DNA of 64,000 nucleotides from an uncultured Alphaproteobacteria bacterium (GTDB lineage Bacteria; Pseudomonadota; Alphaproteobacteria; RF32; CAG-239): NCBI GenBank assembly GCA_934273635.1, contig CAKQSV010000008.1, positions 30 to 64,029 of the forward strand, read 5' to 3'. Shown piece by piece: positions 60,557 to 64,000 of this stretch (position 1 is its first letter; each line of letters starts with the position of its first letter). The notes under the pieces were generated by a model. It saw only the letters and a program-made list of their open reading frames with translations, ran no database searches and was not told where the DNA came from. The position numbers and the translations under genes were made by a program.

Positions 60557-61747
60557 ATGGCAAAAGAGAAATTTGAGCGTACAAAGCCGCACTGTAACAT
60601 AGGTACAATCGGCCACGTAGACCACGGTAAAACCACATTGACAGCAGCCATCACGAAAGTATTGGCAGAAGAAGGCGGCGCAAACTTCACCGCATATGAT
60701 CAGATTGATAAAGCCCCTGAAGAAAAAGCTCGTGGTATCACCATTTCTACTTCACACGTAGAGTATGAAACCCCGAACCGCCACTATGCGCACGTTGACT
60801 GCCCGGGTCACGCCGACTATGTAAAGAACATGATTACCGGTGCCGCTCAGATGGATGGTGCAATTTTGGTTGTATCTGCCGCTGATGGTCCGATGCCGCA
60901 AACCCGTGAGCACATTTTGTTGGCTCGTCAAGTAGGTGTACCGGCTTTGGTTGTTTATATGAACAAAGTAGACCAAGTTGATGATCCTGAATTGTTGGAA
61001 TTGGTAGAAATGGAAATCCGTGATTTGTTGAAATCATATGACTTCCCGGGCGACGAAATTCCTATCATCAAAGGTAGTGCTTTGGCAGTATTGGAAGACG
61101 GCGACAAGAAGATTGGCCACGATTCAATCATTGAATTGATGAAAGCCGTAGACAGCTATATTCCGCAGCCGGAACGTCCGAAAGATCAACCGTTCTTGAT
61201 GCCGATTGAAGATGTGTTCTCAATCTCCGGTCGTGGTACGGTCGTAACCGGTCGTGTAGAGCGTGGTGTATTGCACGTAGGCGATGAAATCGAAATCGTA
61301 GGTATTAAGCCGACCCAGAAGACAACCTGCACCGGTATCGAAATGTTCCGTAAGTTGTTGGATGAAGGCGAAGCCGGCGATAACATCGGTGTATTGTTGC
61401 GTGGTACCAAGAGAGAAGAAGTAGAGCGTGGTCAAGTTTTGGCCGCTCCTGGCACGATTACCCCGCACACCGACTTCACTTGCGAATGCTACATTTTGAC
61501 CAAAGAAGAAGGTGGTCGTCATACGCCGTTCTTCAGCAACTATCGTCCGCAATTCTACTTCCGTACGACGGATGTAACTGGTGCGATTGAGTTGCCGGAA
61601 GGTACCGAGATGGTAATGCCAGGTGATAACATCCGCATGACAGCTAAATTGATTCACCCGATTGCGATGAACGAAGGTTTGCGTTTCGCTATCCGTGAAG
61701 GTGGTCACACAGTTGGAGCAGGTGTGGTATCGAAGATTATCAAATAA
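60557..61747 (+). CDS. tuf: Elongation factor Tu
   Basis: [13 protein letters not shown]..., DCPGHADY. Confidence 0.97.
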   Translation: MAKEKFERTKPHCNIGTIGHVDHGKTTLTAAITKVLAEEGGANFTAYDQIDKAPEEKARGITISTSHVEYETPNRHYAHVDCPGHADYVKNMITGAAQMDGAILVVSAADGPMPQTREHILLARQVGVPALVVYMNKVDQVDDPELLELVEMEIRDLLKSYDFPGDEIPIIKGSALAVLEDGDKKIGHDSIIELMKAVDSYIPQPERPKDQPFLMPIEDVFSISGRGTVVTGRVERGVLHVGDEIEIVGIKPTQKTTCTGIEMFRKLLDEGEAGDNIGVLLRGTKREEVERGQVLAAPGTITPHTDFTCECYILTKEEGGRHTPFFSNYRPQFYFRTTDVTGAIELPEGTEMVMPGDNIRMTAKLIHPIAMNEGLRFAIREGGHTVGAGVVSKIIK

Positions 61748-61767
61748 TCTTTAATAAAATACGCAAA

Positions 61768-61848
61768 GCCCCCATCATACTTGTTATTTTTTCACTTGTG
61801 TAGCTAGATGTACACGGCGTTCAAAAATAGCAGCGTAGCATGGGGGCT
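61768..61848. repeat. Palindromic repeat element, variant A (terminal arms agcccccat/atgggggct around a conserved core with tgtacac)
   Basis: Same core as the elements at 4253-4330 and 61880-61959, but with different, self-complementary terminal arms. Confidence 0.8.
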
Positions 61849-61879
61849 TATCGTATTTTAAATGGTTAAGATATGCTAA

Positions 61880-61959
61880 AGGGTCGTCATACTGGTTGTT
61901 TTTCTCCTTGTGTACTAAATTGTACACGTCGTCGAAAAATAACGTCGTAGCACGACCCT
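61880..61959. repeat. Palindromic repeat element, variant B (arms agggtcgt/acgaccct)
   Basis: Core ...catactggttgtttttctccttgtgtactaaattgtacacgtcgtcgaaaaataacgtcgtagca... Confidence 0.8.
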
Positions 61960-61988
61960 TTTTCGCGTCTTAAGGGGTTGATGTGCGC

Positions 61989-62022
61989 GGCGTTCAAAAA
62001 TGACAGCGTAGCATGGGGGCTT
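61989..62022. repeat. Partial (right-half) copy of the variant A element
   Basis: ggcgttcaaaaatgacagcgtagcatgggggctt. Confidence 0.7.
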
Positions 62023-62052
62023 ATCGTATTTTAAATGGTTAAGATATGCTAA

Positions 62053-62132
62053 AGGGTCGTCATACTAGTTGTTTTTCTCCTTGTGTACTAAATTGTACAC
62101 GTCGTCGAAAAATAACGTCGTAGCACGACCCT
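62053..62132. repeat. Second copy of the variant B element (tandem ~174-bp duplication of 61849-62022)
   Basis: Near-identical to 61880-61959, including the spacer atcgtattttaaatggttaagatatgctaa. Confidence 0.8.
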
Positions 62133-62159
62133 TTTTCGTGTTTTAAAGCTAAGTCTGAA

Positions 62160-62760
62160 ACGCCATTGAGAGTTCGTTTCACGAACAAAGCAATCCAGTA
62201 CCTCCTCTCTAAATTTTTAGAGAGGAGGTGGCAGCGATAGCTGCCGGAGGTGAGTTTAAACTTCCCTCTCTAAATTTTTAGAACGGCCGAAAACAACAGT
62301 GCTTTGATGCACTGTTGTTGAGGAGACGCAATGAGACTTACTTTTGTGAGTGAGAGTAATCGAAACGATACAAAAGTTTTAGTCGGAATTGGGAAAGCGA
62401 GCTTGCGAGCTAGGGTGAGTTTATAGTTGGGGAAGAGCTTTTAATTAAAACTCCAAACATAACTTTAAACTCACCAGATTGCTAAGCGCAAATGCTATCG
62501 CATTTACTGAGCAATCTTGCCTCTCTAAAAATTCAAAGAGGCAGGGTAAGGATTCTATGTTCGCTGTTAGCTCCTGTCCTCTTAAGAAATCTGTCTTCCC
62601 TAAAAATTTAAGGAAGAATCCTTCTTTCTCTAAAAATTCAAAGAGGCAGGATACGTTTCTTTCCCAACGTCATCACGAGCCCGCCCTGCGGGCGTGGCGA
62701 TCCAAGTGTAAAGTAGCTATACCATGAATCTTGTATGATAAAAGAGGTAGCGGAAAAAGA
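62160..62760. repeat. Cluster of short hairpin repeats of a second family (conserved loop ctaaaaatt(t/c)a with variable self-complementary stems) plus other palindromes; no credible CDS
   Basis: cctcctctctaaatttttagagaggagg (62210), aacaacagtgc-tttgat-gcactgttgtt (62293), tgcctct-ctaaaaattcaa-agaggca (62518), tcttcc-ctaaaaatttaa-ggaaga (62596). Segment gcgggcgtggcgatccaagtgtaaagtag is shared with 20350-20378. Confidence 0.7.
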
Positions 62761-62785
62761 AAGGTTTCGCTCTTCAAAAAAAATA

Positions 62786-62814
62786 TTGCAATTTTTGTCT
62801 AAATAAGATATATT
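62786..62814 (+). promoter_or_regulatory. Sigma70-like promoter (TTGCAA, 17 nt spacer, TATATT) for the 62858 gene
   Basis: Hexamers and spacing. Confidence 0.45.
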
Positions 62815-62857
62815 GCTCCTTGATAAATATTATTATTAATTTTTAAATTCTATAATT

Positions 62858-63505
62858 ATGGTAGATAGTAAAAAATTTGAATTACTAACCGGACTTGTTG
62901 AGGAGTTTGGCTTGTCTTTTGGTGACGTTGTGTCATTTTGGACGAAAAAGGGAAAATTTAAACCCTATGAATTAGCTGATTCAACCAAGGACACAACCTC
63001 TACGACATCACAAGTAAAATTTTTAGGATATAGAGCGCCACAAGGTGTTTCCCCTGGGATGTATGTGTATACCGACGGCTTGATTTATCCTGAAATTGTT
63101 AAGGGACGGCAGGTTAAGGCGGTTGTCGGATATGTCAAAGATTCTGAAGTGTTGGCAGTTTGTCTTGATGAAGCCAATATGCAATGGCAAGGTTTCTCTG
63201 GTGAAGGTTATATCGCAGCTAAATGGTGTCGCAATTATGCAAAACACGGTATAAAACAGGGTGAGGCTTTTTTACCTTCAGTACGCCAGTTGAAAGGGTT
63301 GGCTGATTTCTGTAAAGCAATAAATGCGTCTTTAACGGCGTTGGGTGCAGCAACTTTGTCAACGGAGGACTATTGGTCTTCAGACGGGAGTCCTGTTTCT
63401 TTGGATCCGAGTGCATACTCTGTTAATTTGCAAAGCAAGACACACAAACTTGTTATCATTGATACTATCCGTTCTGTTCGTCCGGTTATCACTATCAATC
63501 TTTGA
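62858..63505 (+). CDS. Hypothetical protein (215 aa), no recognisable domain
   Basis: ORF with own promoter in the repeat-rich tuf-dxs intergenic island. Confidence 0.5.
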   Translation: MVDSKKFELLTGLVEEFGLSFGDVVSFWTKKGKFKPYELADSTKDTTSTTSQVKFLGYRAPQGVSPGMYVYTDGLIYPEIVKGRQVKAVVGYVKDSEVLAVCLDEANMQWQGFSGEGYIAAKWCRNYAKHGIKQGEAFLPSVRQLKGLADFCKAINASLTALGAATLSTEDYWSSDGSPVSLDPSAYSVNLQSKTHKLVIIDTIRSVRPVITINL

Positions 63506-63667
63506 TTTTTTATTGGGCTAAAATTAATCCTCTGCAATTTATGATTGCGGGGGATTTTTTTGTGGCAAAAAATACGCTTTGAAAATTAATTTAAAATATG
63601 TCTTGACTTAGAGTAAACTCTAAAGATTATACTCCTCTCAGTTTTAACGAATCTGAAGAGGTAAAAT

Positions 63668-64000
63668 ATGTCTGATTATCAAATTTTGGATACGATTTCA
63701 TCGCCGGTTGATGTTAAAAAATTGTCAGCGGCGCAACGGGTTCAGTTGGCGGCGGAAATTCGTCATGCCGTTATCAACAAAGTGAGCAAAGCCGGCGGGC
63801 ACTTGGGACCTAACTTGGGTATTGTAGAGTTGACAATTGCTTTGCACACGGTTTTTGACGCGCCTTCTGATAAAATTGTTTGGGATGTCAGTCATCAATG
63901 CTATCCGCACAAAATGTTGACCGGTCGGGCAAGAGCTTTTACAAATGACGCTGATTTTGGGCTTTATTCGGGGTTTACGGCGCCGGAAGAAAGCAAGTTT
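63668..64000 (+). CDS. dxs: 1-deoxy-D-xylulose-5-phosphate synthase (5' part; continues beyond the window)
   Basis: MSDYQILDTISSPVDVKKLS...GGHLGPNLGIVELTIALH..., the TPP-binding N-terminus of DXS; RBS GAAGAGGT. Confidence 0.85.
   Translation, partial: MSDYQILDTISSPVDVKKLSAAQRVQLAAEIRHAVINKVSKAGGHLGPNLGIVELTIALHTVFDAPSDKIVWDVSHQCYPHKMLTGRARAFTNDADFGLYSGFTAPEESKF

Noticed and set aside
62479-62727. 82-aa ORF in the hairpin-repeat island
   Set aside because: Its sequence is a read-through of repeated hairpin units (LSKNSKRQ repeated) with no RBS; it is a repeat artefact.

Overview
The gene order places this 64 kb window in an alphaproteobacterium: pal-cpoB(ybgF)-tilS-ftsH, miaB-phoH-ybeY-lnt-XRE-trmB, maf-rng, carD/cdnL, DUF1150, and ptsN-hpf-rpoN-lptB-lptA-lptC-kdsD next to rpsL-rpsG-fusA-tuf. 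Coding GC looks moderate to low (roughly 45%). Several accessory features and gaps in conserved gene order suggest a moderately reduced, host-associated genome. The order-level placement is not resolved.

Housekeeping content includes ppdK, ftsH, hslO, recX, rplU-rpmA-obg-rsfS, dksA-maf-rng-yacG, thyA, lexA with its SOS box, lysS, folD, infA, two orphan sensor kinases (EnvZ-like and NtrY-like), the complete rpoN/lpt cluster, the str operon, and the dxs 5' end. A tRNA-Gly(CCC) lies near the start of the window.

Accessory and unusual content: two families of short dispersed palindromic/hairpin repeats, in tandem after ppdK and after tuf and flanking an LRR gene; a duplicated tRNA 3'-end fragment; a 22-aa tandem-repeat (LRR/FNIP-like) protein; a long acidic Pro/Glu-repeat protein; an orphan type IV pilin-like gene coupled to a small charged protein; an orphan three-gene cluster upstream of pal; a degenerate DapE-like M20 protein; a Cys-depleted DksA; and several lipoproteins and small secreted proteins without recognisable domains.

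No CRISPR array, rRNA gene, transposase or integrase is visible.
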